From the NCBI RefSeq assembly GCF_964204645.1, contig NC_134035.1, forward strand, positions 6,781,101-6,845,100: a DNA stretch of 64,000 nt, read 5' to 3'. The translations under genes and the position numbers were made by a program. Source of the DNA: Tubulanus polymorphus. Lineage: Eukaryota; Animalia; Nemertea. The first letter of the stretch is position 1; every line of letters begins with the position of its first letter. Below are positions 49,101-62,125 of the stretch, in pieces. Below the pieces are notes generated by a model. It was given only the letters and a program-made list of their open reading frames with translations. It was not told the DNA's origin and did no database searches.

Positions 49101-52100
49101 GAATCCAATAGGGTTTCTGCCGAGGCAGCAGAAACCCTTATAATGTTTTGTTGATTTTCTGCGGTGTTGCAATGTCAATGCTTCTTGACTTCCTTATTGC
49201 CTACTGCCAAATGAATCTACTAAAATATAAAATTTGGCCACGATGCCTCCTGAAATATATGTTAATTATGCAGTTAGATAGAAAACATTCGATTATGATG
49301 CATATATACATACCTGAAGTTGATGCTTCTTTATTTTCAAAAGTTGATACTACTTTATTTTCAATGTGAAATGCTGCATCGGTATCTTGCGTTTCTCCTA
49401 TAATTTAATCAAGCGAATAAATTTAAAACTGGAATTTGACACGTACAACTTACAAAACCGTTCAAAAAGTGAAAAGGGGCCTATAGCCAATGTAGAGTGA
49501 TTTTTCTGACGCCTTATAAAACGTTACCATTATGAAACCTAAACAATGTTAACCATTCAGCGTCATTTTACAAACGACAGCCGTAAATCGATGTGCAAAA
49601 CGTCACAGGTCTATGTGTACACAAACAAGCTATCTGGCAAAATATTATTGACATAGATGTAGAATGGCTTCCTGTGATTATATAATGACCTATATTTGAA
49701 CGTCGAAATGTTATATTGCATTGAATATCATTAGAAGAGGTATTGTAATAGTAAAGGATGTATGATTATATCAGAAGCGGCAGGCATAAATAGAAATGAT
49801 AAGTAAATCGGATTATTCGGTTAAATCGCGGATGTATACACGATTTGGAAGTATGATATAAAAGTCAGACCCTGACGTGGGCATGCCGGTGGAATGACGA
49901 AGCTATCTACGATGTGTGTAGGGCCAGCGTGAATTAATTCAGCGGCTACAAAAGCGGTCAATATGAAAATGCGTAAACATATAATTTCAATATTCAAACG
50001 TTTTAGAAAATATGTTTGATATTAGTAGAAAATATGTTTGATATTAGGAGTATGCAGGTTTCGTGAGATTAGCAATTTATAATAGCATAGCTGTCATATA
50101 CAGCTCCGCGTCCTCTGATGGCATGTGTATTAGGTGACAATTCAATTCTTTATTGATCCTTATTACATTGAAATTCCGGGATAAAATTCCCAAATTCAAT
50201 AAATACAAATTTTAAAATAAATTAATACAACATACATGACACACGGGTAATTCATACAGAACAACATAAGCATGTTATTTTAAATGACAATGTCTACTTC
50301 AACCCACCCAGACTCAAGACTCTAGGATATCTAGTGACAGCCAAACCCGTGGCCAGGGGACCGGGCCGGCTGGCTAGGCCACACGATATGCTCGAAGTCA
50401 TGATGAAGCAGACATCAGAAGAGCTCTTTCTTCAACCATGGAGGCAATGAAGTTGCAGACAAGCTTAGAGGCATAAGTAAATGAAGTCGGTCGCAAGTTT
50501 GCGATCAATTATTGAGAATTTTCAATAAGAAAATTTAAACCACTACTAGAGTCGAAGACCTGTATCATCTACCCAATCGCCAAATCTCATCATTCCCCAA
50601 ATTTCTTAAAACTTCGATTTCAAATTTGCAATTCCACATTAGCTTAGCCCAGAAATTCTACATTTTTTTCGCAGGCGTCAAATAATTTTCTAAAATTAAT
50701 TTTCTTGTTATAAATATGCTAACCAGTGCCACCCTGTGCACAAAATGTATCATAATTTTGTAGCAGATTTTTCAGAATACATGTATCTAAAAATGTATCT
50801 AAAAATATTACATAAACAAGAATTCAACATCTACTGAGTGGAAGTATTACGAGATAATGAAGCTTAGAGTTTATTACAAAACTCCATGAATTAAAAAGTC
50901 ATGTAAATATTTAAATCATCAGTTGAAAAAGGCAAGTCATGAATTAACATAAATTACCATATTCATTGTGGCACAGTTAAGTCGACTAATTATGAAAAGT
51001 TACACTAAACACAAGTAAAGATATGACACTGAATTGATTCTGCATTCATTCTAATGAGGTTCAGTATGCCGCCACAGCTTATGCCTTACCTCTTTGATGA
51101 ATTATTCTATTATAGACATCATTTTCGATGACAAGTGTTATCGTCTGACCATTCCTGTCAATCGTTAAGGCTTTGTTGAACCAAGGTTGTCCTGGCCAAA
51201 AGGTGCTCTGTAAATATAAATTAATCCTACAAAATTAATTTAATTTTTTGAAGCTACTATTTAAAAAAACTTAAACCTTCGGCCTTTAGATACATAAACC
51301 TATTTTTTTCCAATTGCCATGTTATAAAGAAGCAACTTAGACCTTCCCTTAGGAGGTTACGTGATCTGTAAATGGAATACAACGACTCGTGATTTTTTAT
51401 TTAATGAATGAAATTGCATTGAATTTGTTTAATTACAGACTAAGTTGAAAAAACGTCGCCGATGGACGGATGAGGTGCATACATTATTGTGCCTCGGATG
51501 TCTATGATCAATAGAATGCAAACCTGGATAACAACATACAAATATGTCTTCCAACAAGAAAATAGAGAGGATAGATAGAAAATAATAGGATTCTTACCGC
51601 ACTATCACATGTTCGGTCGCCATGTTGGCTTCACAAAAATCGGAGTTACACCACCTCGACAGAAGGGAGGTTTAAGACTCTCCAAAAGGTCGCGTGACCT
51701 GTGACGGCCGGAGCCATCCTATTGTTATTATTGTAGGCGCACCGTACTGGTGTGCCACCCAGGATCTTTAGTTCTATTGTTCTTCCTTCTTGTTGTGTCC
51801 ATCGTGGAATAAAGAGGTATTGTCTTGTAACACAGATCTTTTGTGTAGTTATTTCGTGGGTTCACAGGAATCTTCGGGCCCTCTTGTCCTACCAAACTGA
51901 GGATACCCCAAATCATTACATTGGTGGCAGCGTAATGGGATTTTTAGCGATTTTGATTGAGTTAGAACAAGTTGAAGTGAACCCACATTTTGTGTAACTT
52001 AGTCTGTGCATCGTGCGCTCAGTTTTTTCACTGGTTTTTGAGTATTTTGTACATGTCCATACTGTATTCCACTTGAAGTAGTAAGGATCGGTAAGGCACT

Positions 52101-55100
52101 AATTATACAAAAACAAATACGTGAAATTATTTGCGGTTTACCCTTAGTAGGCCTATTATTATAATTATCGAATATTTATTGTGTGTTGGTATCTGACACA
52201 CTGTCCAAGTAAAACTAGGAGACATGCTCTTTGAACTGCCAATGATAATAGCAGACAAATTAACCCAGGATTGTTTGCTCGGCAGTGGCTTCTTCAGTAA
52301 ATACGGGTGCAAGATTTACTATGCGACGAGAGAGCTACATCTTGGATCTACGAGTGTTCGTCTTAGACAATCTTTGAGGAGAAGTAGTTGTTGCAGGATT
52401 TTTGCTCGGAAAAATGTCTGTATCCCCGCTAGCACAGAGCTCTTTCTCCCTGGTTATGTGAAGCGAAAAAAGCAATATTTCTCTGACTCCCCAGGAATGG
52501 TTAGCCATGCAAGGGGTGCAGCAGTGTCAACGGCGAGGTTAACAGATTTTGGTCACACAATCACACCACATCGAAGTTAGAGTTGCCAATTTCAGTGACG
52601 AACCAGTCCTCATCCATCGAGGCGAACAGATTGGACTGTTCCATCAGTTCTCTATACATGAGGGTAATCAGGTTAGCGACACTGAGAGTTCAACACACTC
52701 AATGAGTTCCAACAGTTTTGACTCTGAAAAATTAATGTATGTATGTGAGGCCTTAAAGGTAAATGAACTAGATATTCCCGACAAGACCAGGGCAGAACTT
52801 ATCGAGACGGTCTCGCAAAACCTCAACATATTCTCGACAGATGACTTTGATATCGGTCAGACTTCTATGATGGAGCACACCATTGACACCTGTTCAAGTC
52901 GATCGATTAAACAACCACCACGTAGGGTACCGCCACACTGACAGTTGTTTGTAGAAACCTCTACAAACCAGCTCTTAGAACATGGCCTCATTCGGAAATC
53001 GAGTGGAGCCTGGTCAAGCCCCATCATGATGGCTAGGAAAGCGGATGGTAGCCTTCGGCTATGTGTTGATTATAGGCAGCTAAATGATGTCACGACCAAG
53101 GATGCCCACCCACTCCCAAGGGTTGATGCCACGCTTGAGTCCCTCTCTGGTGCTGCGTGGTTCTCATCACTGGACATGGCGAGTGGGTACTGGCAGGTGC
53201 CTGTACGTGAAGAGGACAAGCCAAAATCTGCCTTTGTGACGGAGCGAGGAATATTCGATTGGAACATAATGCCATTTGGGCTTACGAATGCTACTGCCAC
53301 ATTTTCGTGGCTCATGTCGCTGGTTCTAGACAAGGTTGCTTGAAAAACACGTTTACTGTATCCCGATGACATTATTGTTTTCAGTCCCGACCTGGAAAGT
53401 CACCTGGGACGTCTGAAAGAAGTGTTTGCCTGTTTCCTTGCTGCAAACTTGAAGTTGAAGCCACGTAAGTGCCATTTATTTCAATGACAAGTTGCATTCC
53501 TGGGCCATGTCGTCTGCGAAAATGGACTCCAGACAGATCCGCAGAAATGTGGTCGTGTCAGCGATTGGCCGAAACCTTGTAATTTAACTGAGCTCCGCAG
53601 CTTCATCGGATTAGTTTCATACTACTCAAAATTCATCAAAGGGTATTCTAATATCGTGGTGCCACTGTACCAACTTATGAAGAAAGGTGTCACTTATAAC
53701 TGGACCACTGAGCATCAGATGGCCTTCGACAGTTTGAAACAAAGTCTGATGAATCCGCCCGTCCTCAGTTTTCCGGATTTCAGGGAGACGGCAAGTTCTT
53801 TCATCCTTGACACGGACGCGAGTGATTTTGCGATAGGTGGTGTTCTCTCTCAAGCGGATAAGGATGGTATTGAGCAGGTAATCGCTTATGCGTTTCGTTC
53901 TTTGAAAGGTGGGGAGAATTACTGCGCTACTCGCAGGGAAATGCTGGCACTAGTTGACATGATTCAACACTTGGCACTATCTGCTTGGCAAGAAAGTTCT
54001 CTTGAGAACAGACCATGTGGCGTTAAAATGGTTACGTAATTTCAAGGAACAGGAAGGTCAAATCGCTCGATGGAATAAACGACTGGCAGAATATGACTTC
54101 AAAATCCAACACAGACAAGGAAAACTTAATGGAAATGCGGATGGTCTGTCTCGGCAACCTAAACGCAAGCATGGTATCTGTCCAACATGTGGCCCCACTG
54201 ATGTGAAGAAGAGTCGAGATCCAATCATCGAGAAATGTGATGCAACAAATCTCCATTTCACGGGATGCAATTGCTAAGGCTCAACGGTCTGACCTGGAAA
54301 TTGCTATTTTACATCAAAAGTCCATGCTGTCTGCTGCTGTTGATGAGAAAGGCTCTGACTGGGATGAACACTTGCCGGCTTGTTTAATGGCTTACCGCTC
54401 TGCTATACAGGAGTCACCCGCTGAGACTCCATTCTTCCTGACTTTTGGTGAAGAGATGAGCATCCCGTTGGATGTGATGATTGGTGCACCAGCACCGAGA
54501 TTGTCTTCTGCTGAGCTTGCCAATAAACTCGTATCTCAATTAGAGTCAGCCAATGAGACAGTAAGGGAGAAGTTGGACTTGGCCCAGAGACGACAGGGGA
54601 TACATATGACCGTTTTGCCCATCGTGGGGGGTACATGACAGGAGAGATTTGGTCACCCAGATGGCAAAATATCTGGTTGACTTCATCCTCTATGGAAAGA
54701 ATGTGTCACGTCTGAAAACAGTGGAACTCGTGGATCAATGCAATGCCTTCTTTGTGCCACCTGGCCCAGAGGTTACTGGCACTGCAATATCTGCGATTGA
54801 GCTGTTTTCTCTTGAGAGCCAGGAAGAAGTCTGCTGCTGAAGACCGCATGACTGCAGCGGTTGAAGAAATCCGAGCCATGGACGAGGCTGCTGGAGTGAA
54901 AGTTCGAGACATTGAGGAACATTGGCGTGGAGTACAAGGAAAGTTGAGATCCAAATGTAGCCCCCGAATCCTACTCGTTTCAGACTCTTTGTTCTCGCGA
55001 ACCAAAGTTTCGCCCCAACTTTTCCCGATCGCTAACTCTGGTGAGACTTTAGAACAGCTGCTGGTAATGTTAAAAGGATGTGTGGTCCCCTGCCAAGCAG

Positions 55101-57578
55101 TAGTGGTTAACCATGGTACTAACCACAAACAAGGTTTCGCGGAAGCGGAAAAGGCCATGGTTGAGGCGTATGGACTCTTATCCAAACGTTATCCCGGGTG
55201 CAAACTTCTCCACCTGGAGGTCCCAATACGCCCGTGTATTCACGAAAACCCTGATGCAGTTCGATGTTCACACCAGGTAAACGTAGCAGCAGAGCGGGCG
55301 GGGTTCATCCACCTGGAGCATCCCGACCTAACAGACCGTATGTACCATGGGGTCCACTATACATTGGTAGGGCTTAGAATTGTGGAGGCCGACATTATCC
55401 GTCAGGTGATGAGCATGTTATAAGTAGCCTCAACTCAATTTGGCACTTCAAGTAGTTTTCCTTATTGCGCGATATCTTGCATAATCTAACCACATCCCAT
55501 ACGACCCTGTAGGGAATCAACTAGAGCTCAGCTCTTTTGTTTTCGTTTCATTTTCTGCTGGCTGTCCTTTAATTTTTCAGGTCAATTGCTCGACAGGTGT
55601 GCATCAATTACCAACCAGGATGACCGACTCGACCAATGGACCATCAAATCCATCTGCTGGACTACGCTGGGGCACCAGAATAATTTTCTAACTTAAGTGG
55701 TTTGGATTTTAGTGCTGACACAAATCGTCCCCACTGCTACTTGTACATATGTGTATATATGACTGTGAAATGGAATTGCGCAAATGAACAATGAACTTTC
55801 AGGGGATTTTGTGTATAAGAGTTTACCCAGGATCTTTTGTTCTATTGTTCTTTTTTCTTGTTGTGTCCGTCATGGAATAAAGAGGTATTGTCTTTAACAC
55901 AGATCTTGTGTGTAGTTATTTTCTGGGTTCACAGGAATCTTCGGGCCATCTTTTGTGCTACCAAACTGAGGATACCCCAAATCATTACAGACCAATAATA
56001 GAGTACGATTGGAGGCAAACGGATTCTCCGATCTGATAAAGAGTTCGCCCATAGTTGTGGTAAATTTCAAGGTCTTTGGATTTGTATATAGTCACCAGGG
56101 GGTGTTGAATAGTAGAATAACTATGTATTTCTATGATTGTGGTAAGTTTCAAGGTCATTGGTTGTGTATGGTAAAATATAAAATTGTTCGATTGTTGAGC
56201 GTTTGAAACGGTATTCTAAGCTGACATGGTGTCCCTAGCTAGACCCCTAGTTTGTTACGCTTCTCTGAGCCCTTAACAGTTTTCTGGTATTGTTTATAAA
56301 ACACAAAATTGAATTTTGAATTAAATCTAAACTCTAACAGCATGTACATTGTATGTGAAAGCTATCAAAATGAATGTGATAATGGTATGTTCATGTAGGT
56401 GCTAAAAAAGTAAATTTAGGCTTAACAGTTAATGGTGTTTAGACAGACAGCATCATTCAAAAACCCTGTCGTGGTATCAAATTATAACTTCGTTTTCGGT
56501 ATCAGCATAAGTTAGGTTTTGGTTTGATCATTGTTGTTTATAATTTGATCTGCACTCAAGATGGCGTCGCCAAAAGATATCTAGTTCATCCCACTGCTTA
56601 TAAAGAGTGCTCAATTGATAGGTATCGCACTCGCATAGAGTGCTGGTATTACTGGGCTCTTGGGTTCATAGGTTTCAAATTCTCTCCCTTTGGAAAAAAG
56701 ATACATGGATCCTGCTAATAATACCCCGATTAACATTCAGTAAGTTGAAAATAAACCTCGATCCTGAATGCTTTGAATGGCCATTCTTTTATTTTACAGA
56801 TACGTAGCTTGGAATCTTCATGAAGAAGTGCGCGGAGAATTCAACTTCAAGGGTTGGCTCAATATAAGGTTACTTAAGTCAATGTTTACTGATGATTGAT
56901 TGTGATTTTTTTCGAATTAGATATATTTTTAAAATTTTGATGTCTATGCTATCTTTAGAAAATTCCTAAAACTTGCGCAAGAAGTTGGTTTATACGTAAT
57001 CTTACGACCTGGACCCTATATCTGCTCAGAATGGGAATATGGTGGTTTACCAAGGTTGGTAGCCATCAAAATATTTCTAAGGCCCCTACACTTTTTTCTT
57101 AAGTTTATTCATTCGTTTTCTGGCTCGTTTTCAGTTGGTTACTCAGTGACCCTGAAATGAAAATAAGATCCATGTATACGCCATATATGAAAGCAGTAAA
57201 TAATTACTTAGTCCATTTATTAGAAGAATTACATGAAATGCAGGTAAAATCCTCACCGTTTCGGCTTACCTCAAATCCTCATTTGACCTGATTCATTCAA
57301 TGAGTTTGATTTTTTTCACTCAGTACAGAGATGGTGGTCCGATCATCGGTTACCAGATTGAGAATGAATTTGGAATCTTCAACGAAGATTTTCGATATTT
57401 GGACACTCTTAAACAGGTACAAATTCAAATTATTTCATTTTCTGTGTCTTTGCTGATTATTTTCTTTTCGACCTTGTTAATTTCCGTAACTTTCAGATAT
57501 ATTTAAAGAATGGAATCGTCGAATTTCTCTTCACATCAGACAACAAAGATGGATTACAATATGGTCGCCTTCCAAAAG
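43164..57578 (+). CDS. GLB1L2: Beta-galactosidase, glycoside hydrolase family 35 (GLB1L2-like), exons 1-6; the gene probably continues past the window
   Basis: Exons 43164-43498 (N-terminal TM; [32 protein letters not shown]), 56800-56868 (YVAWNLHE), 56959-57054 ([18 protein letters not shown]), 57135-57243, 57324-57416 ([14 protein letters not shown], acid/base Glu), 57497-57578 (LFTSD). All GT-AG and phase-consistent. The symbol means best-matching subfamily, not proven orthology. Confidence 0.93.
43562..44757 (+). mobile_element. Helentron/HINE (DINE-1-like) non-autonomous element with internal ~150-bp tandem repeats
   Basis: 5' TTTTAGCCC..GGGAC palindrome, (GTCC)n microsatellite, about four ~150-bp units (44120-44690), 3' CTAGTTT in a T-rich site. 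Other copies or fragments at 46712-47622, 46080-46625, 44832-45045, 5584-6045, 4370-4500 and 56010-56253. Confidence 0.7.
46712..47622 (+). mobile_element. Helentron/HINE-like element, second long copy
   Basis: TTTTTAGCCCGCTTGGGACTTGAGTCCCAGCGGGCTA 5' hairpin, three ~155-bp units, same 3' end as 43562-44757. Confidence 0.7.
51700..55989 (+). mobile_element. Gypsy LTR retrotransposon (decayed, gag and part of integrase deleted) in GH35 intron 1
   Basis: 5' LTR 51700-51920 (TG...CA). 3' LTR about 55825-55989, lacking its 5' part. 4-bp TSD GACC (51696-51699, 55990-55993). PBS TGGTGGCAGCG at 51922 (tRNA-Leu-like). [13 protein letters not shown]...LDMASGYWQ...MPFGL; RNase [19 protein letters not shown]. 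In-frame stops. Confidence 0.93.
54743..55423 (+). CDS. SGNH/GDSL hydrolase-fold extra ORF inside the Gypsy element
   Basis: Block I ILLVSDSL, block II SG, block III VNHGTNH and block V HGVHY in the correct order. Lies between the integrase remnant and the 3' LTR. True N-terminus uncertain. Confidence 0.7.
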   Translation: MPSLCHLAQRLLALQYLRLSCFLLRARKKSAAEDRMTAAVEEIRAMDEAAGVKVRDIEEHWRGVQGKLRSKCSPRILLVSDSLFSRTKVSPQLFPIANSGETLEQLLVMLKGCVVPCQAVVVNHGTNHKQGFAEAEKAMVEAYGLLSKRYPGCKLLHLEVPIRPCIHENPDAVRCSHQVNVAAERAGFIHLEHPDLTDRMYHGVHYTLVGLRIVEADIIRQVMSML

Positions 57579-57678
57579 GTAGGAAACATTCATTTCAACG
57601 GAAGCTCTTTGGCGTACCATAAGATTAAGTTAGGTGAATATTTTTTGGTTTCAAACAGGGCTTTTAAAATGATTTTAA

Positions 57679-58245
57679 CACGTTCGCTGCCACCTAGTGG
57701 TTTAAGGTCCGGTCGCCATTGCCAACGCTAATTTTTGACATTATACAATTTATATGCTGCCAGCACTATTTGTACATTGATAAATCAATACACTGATCAA
57801 TTTTAGTATAAAAAACCACATGACGAGATAGCTCGTCACTGGCAATGGTGAAGAGATTCCCAATTTTTTCTTGTCCCCATTGCCAGTGAAAAGTGTGAAA
57901 AATCAAATAGAAATCTAAAACAATAAAGGTTTTATTGTAAAAATGATATAGAATGATTTTAGCCGTTATATTCTCTCTAAGTATTGGCCGGAATAGAAGC
58001 TAAAATTCATTGCTTTCTGAAGATTCTTTTGAAAAAATTTCAAGTGTGCACCAGACTTAAATTACCCCCATAAATAATATCAGCAGTCTCTCCGTACTGC
58101 CAGACTATTGTTAGCTGTTTTCTCGCCTCTGCCAGGTCATTCATAACGCTATGAAATGATGTTGAATCGATGACGATATAACTCGTCATGGCAAACTGCG
58201 GTGCACCCACCATGACGATTTATCTCGTCAGCGGCAGCGAACGTG
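57679..58245. mobile_element. piggyBac-type MITE
   Basis: TTAA|CACGTTCGCTGCC ... GGCAGCGAACGTG|TTAA: perfect 13-bp TIR and TTAA TSD. Confidence 0.88.
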
Positions 58246-58896
58246 TTAAGTACCAGTTGCAGATAGAGAAATAGGCAAAAACTTTTCTGACTTCCAGCAA
58301 CATAGCATGGAACAATATTATAGTAACCGCAAGGTTAAAAAGCCTATTTATTTCAAGGTTCTTCTATGCGCAGCTTAGTAAATCGAATTTTCCATCTTAA
58401 TAACCTCAAAAAGACAGTGAAAATTTGCTACTAGTGCTTCAGTTGTGCTTCAGTTGTTTAAGATCTTGATTGACCAAACTTGGTAAAAATCTGATATGGG
58501 CCAAGTGTTAAAAAGTTATGAGAGGCTTTTCCCAATTTGGCCTTTAGGGGTCACTGTACAGGTGGCGCTTGTAAAATCTTTTAATCACTACTTGTCTTGC
58601 AATCATTATCCGATTTTGACGAAATTTGGTGTGTAGATACTATGGTCCAAGGGCTAAAAATCTGTAGGCCCTAAAGGCCTTTCCCAGTTTGACCTCTAGG
58701 GGACGCTCTACAGGTCAGCTTGTAAAATCTTTAAATCACTATTAGTCCTACAATCACTATCCGATCTTGACGAAACTTGGTATATACATACTACGGTCCA
58801 AGGGCTAAAAAGTTAAAGAGACGCTTTCTGGATTTGAACACTAGGGCGCGTTGTGCAGGTTGTTGAACCCGTCTAGAAAGATAGGGGCCAGGGTAC

Positions 58897-59945
58897 CAGG
58901 GCTCGAATTTCAAATTTGGACACTTATGTCCTTGGGAAATGAGTTCAAAATAGGCTACCCTAGTACATTTCTTAATATGCAAGGCCAAAAGTTTTATTGA
59001 CCAGAGAAAGACAAATTAAGCCAAATGTCATGAAACTGTTATTTATTCATAAAACAAAGGATAACAAAAACTTTGTTTCGGCAGAATAACCACTCCACTT
59101 ATTTTTTCTCAGCCATTTATTCTAGGAAATAATACTTATGTGACTTATGTCCAGATGTACAATATCTGAAGCCTATGTTGCACAAATTTTTTTTTAACGA
59201 GTAATTAGGAACATTTACAACACATAAGGCATAATACAACATTTATGATTGCATAAGTGCGTGCGGTTGTGCGCTATCAATAGAATATATACACGGCGGG
59301 ACCACACACATACACAGAGTATATGTATATATACAACGCAGTGAATGAATCACCGCGAGATGTGCATTCATATACTGCGAGTTCATACACTCGCTTATGC
59401 GCAGCAAATCTGATGTTTCACACGTGTTTGAATAAAAGAAGTTTATTTTGTGAATAATTGCATTTATTTATCAAGAATAATCATTTAACATATAGCGGTG
59501 ATAGAAGATACGCAAAGGTATTTAGTATTGTCTATTTTCATTTCGTGGAATTTGTAATATAACTTTGTCAACCAATATTTCTTTTGACCTTAAAATATAT
59601 ACTAAGTAGAAAACTGTACTGGGCACCGGCTCGTGGCTTTGTTTAAGTAGAAAACTATACAATGCGCTTCGACATGGTAGTACTACACTCCCTGGTATGG
59701 TGCGTGACTTGTTTACATAGCATAAAGCCGAGATCGGCGCTGCGGTAAAGTCTGACTCGTTCATTCCGTGCAGTACCGATCGTATTGATAATTGGCCCAG
59801 ACTCAAATGCTGACGACTTGTCGGACATATTCATATATATATGGCGAAAAGTGGCCAGAAAAAATAAACCCATTTTGCTTACTGCGGACATCATAACCGA
59901 TTCGGCAGACTTGTCCGCGGTGTCCGCGATGAAATTCGAGCCCTG
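58897..59945. mobile_element. hAT-like non-autonomous element
   Basis: Perfect TIR CAGGGCTCGAATTTCA / TGAAATTCGAGCCCTG. Flanking GGGTAC duplicated (6 bp visible, against the canonical 8). Confidence 0.7.
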
Positions 59946-61442
59946 GGGTACACCAGAGTCCTCTGTGAGACAGGTCAAATCCAAAACCACGTCTAACACC
60001 GTAGGTTACTATAAGATGAACTGAACTACCTTTATTACTTAGTATCTGGTTACAGCCTTTAGGATATACAGAGACGCACATCTGTATTATATGAGCTAGG
60101 TCTGTATGAAATAAACATTTTCACGAATTAAAATCTATATTATAACTTTCATCTTAGTACAAAGAATCGTATTACCTCCTTATACACCTTATACACATAT
60201 ACACGGATAAACAGTGTATACACTCATGACCAAACATATATCTTCTTAAATATTTTATGTTAATAACAAATTCTGGCAATTGAAGTTCATAGTCTATTGT
60301 TGATGTCTGGCACCTGTTACATCTTCTGAGTAGCCCCTATTCGCCGGGCCAGCTCATCGCCCTGGTCGCCGCTGGTGAAGATATCTTAACGGGATCTAGA
60401 TCATCATGTCTAGGCCCATCTCTGCTACATGTAATACTCATTAAGATATTTTAACGGGACTAGATCATCCTGTCTAGGTCCATCTTAAATGACCGTACTT
60501 TCTTGTGAAGATACCTTAAGAAGATACCCATCTTCACTGACCATAATTTTTAGCATTGGTTGACGTCTATGACGTCATGCCTATGCTAGTAAAATGGATC
60601 GAAAATAGTAGTACGAAAAAATAGCGCCAACTCTTCTCATTTTCATAGTAACTTCAAATTGTCACTCCGTTCACGTAAAACATTAGAAACAGCTGAAAAT
60701 GACTAAAAAAATTTCAATGTTATCTGGTAGATGAGAGTGGGTTAAACAATCGCGTAGCGATATGTCCACATTGACATTGGCAGTAAAGAATGGGGAACAG
60801 CCTCTTCTGAATGATGTACCTCCGGTTTATAAATATCACAGTGTTTGGATATCACTGTTACTCCAATTATCAGTATCCATGGGATTATTTGGGATTAATT
60901 CTCAGCGTCAGAATACGTATTTCTAGAGCAGTGGAACGGCAGCCTACTCGTGACTGAAACCCGTATGTGATCGTGCGGGAACGCCTTTACTAAAGTTAAA
61001 ACCATTTCATGATGACACGAAACATCAAACAGTAAACGGTAGGCTACCACCATGATACGATATCACCAATAAAGATAGATCATTTTATTCAATTTTACCA
61101 GAGTTGTTTATTGGAGGAAAATATCATTGTTAAGTACGCCGAGAACAACTAAGTTGTATCATCAATCAGTTGACTGACATTGTAAAATTCGATTCGGCTA
61201 TATTCTAATATAAGTTTTCACTTTAGGACGCCCTACCCGCCTGCTGCGCACTCATAAGGCGGTAGCACCCTCTTACGCACTCGGCAGAGATTCGCTTTGT
61301 AATGCGCGCCAGGAAAAAATACCTTTTATTATCTTTTCCATGCGTTAAACAACAGTGATTGAATTTACGCGTTGTTTGTCGTAAATTACAATATTGCGAT
61401 GGTTATTTGCCGCTGCTGTAGTTTTTTGGAATTGAATCGAGC

Positions 61443-61668
61443 GGCCTCCGTAGCTCAGTGAGATAAGGCGTGATGCTGTTGAATCCACGATCAATGCTGA
61501 GTGACAAGTGGGTTCGAGTCCTGCTGGCTGCGAACAGTGTGCGGGCAACACTTCGAAGGCTGTACCGTCGTGAGGTTAAATGAACAATCCAATGGGAATA
61601 GTCTTGGGAAACCAAGATCCAAACGACGTACGTAAAGCCAATCAAACAAAAAGACAAACAAACAATCA
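61443..61668 (+). mobile_element. tRNA-derived SINE
   Basis: A-box TAGCTCAGTGAG, B-box GGTTCGAGTCC, body of about 120 bp, (CAAA)n-like tail at 61640-61665. Confidence 0.65.
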
Positions 61669-62125
61669 TCAGCCGGCCTCAGTGACACCAACGCCGGCAT
61701 CGCTCTCTGCGACGTTTTGCAAGCGTACATGCATCAGAGCTTGGAGCTCTAGGATCAGAGGGTCTTGCAATTGCATTCAGAAAAATCGTTCTGTTTTTTT
61801 TTTCATTATTCAGTGGGGCCTAACAGTTCATGCGTAAAAATGGGTTTTTGTATCCAAATCTTTATTGATATAAATATCTTGGCTGGGACAAGATGGAAAA
61901 CATCAGAATAAACTAGTTTCGTCTTTTTAACAGAATCGCATTAATGAGGTTTAACAGTACAAATAGCCTAGGCTAAATCGTTCGGCAGAAAATAAATTCA
62001 TTTTCAGGAATAAAATCGAACTAGACAAATAGACCTTTAAGTCTGTGGTCCCCCATATCAACATTGTCATAGAAGATTTGCCGGCAGATGTAAAACATTA
62101 TAACCACTTAATACCTCAGTATAAT

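Noticed and set aside
54706-55185. 159-aa minus-strand ORF and other antisense ORFs over TE coding regions
   Set aside because: These are shadow ORFs of the plus-strand SGNH and pol sequence with no recognisable motifs.
59655-59999. GVPQGS motif suggesting a LINE reverse transcriptase
   Set aside because: The motif is produced by the hAT-like TIR and its flank (GGTGTACCCCAGGGCTCG). No other RT motif such as YADD follows.
61443-61530. Functional tRNA gene (also 2727-2798 and 3205-3290)
   Set aside because: A and B boxes are present, but there is no consistent acceptor or anticodon stem and no poly-T terminator. The context is SINE- or MITE-like.
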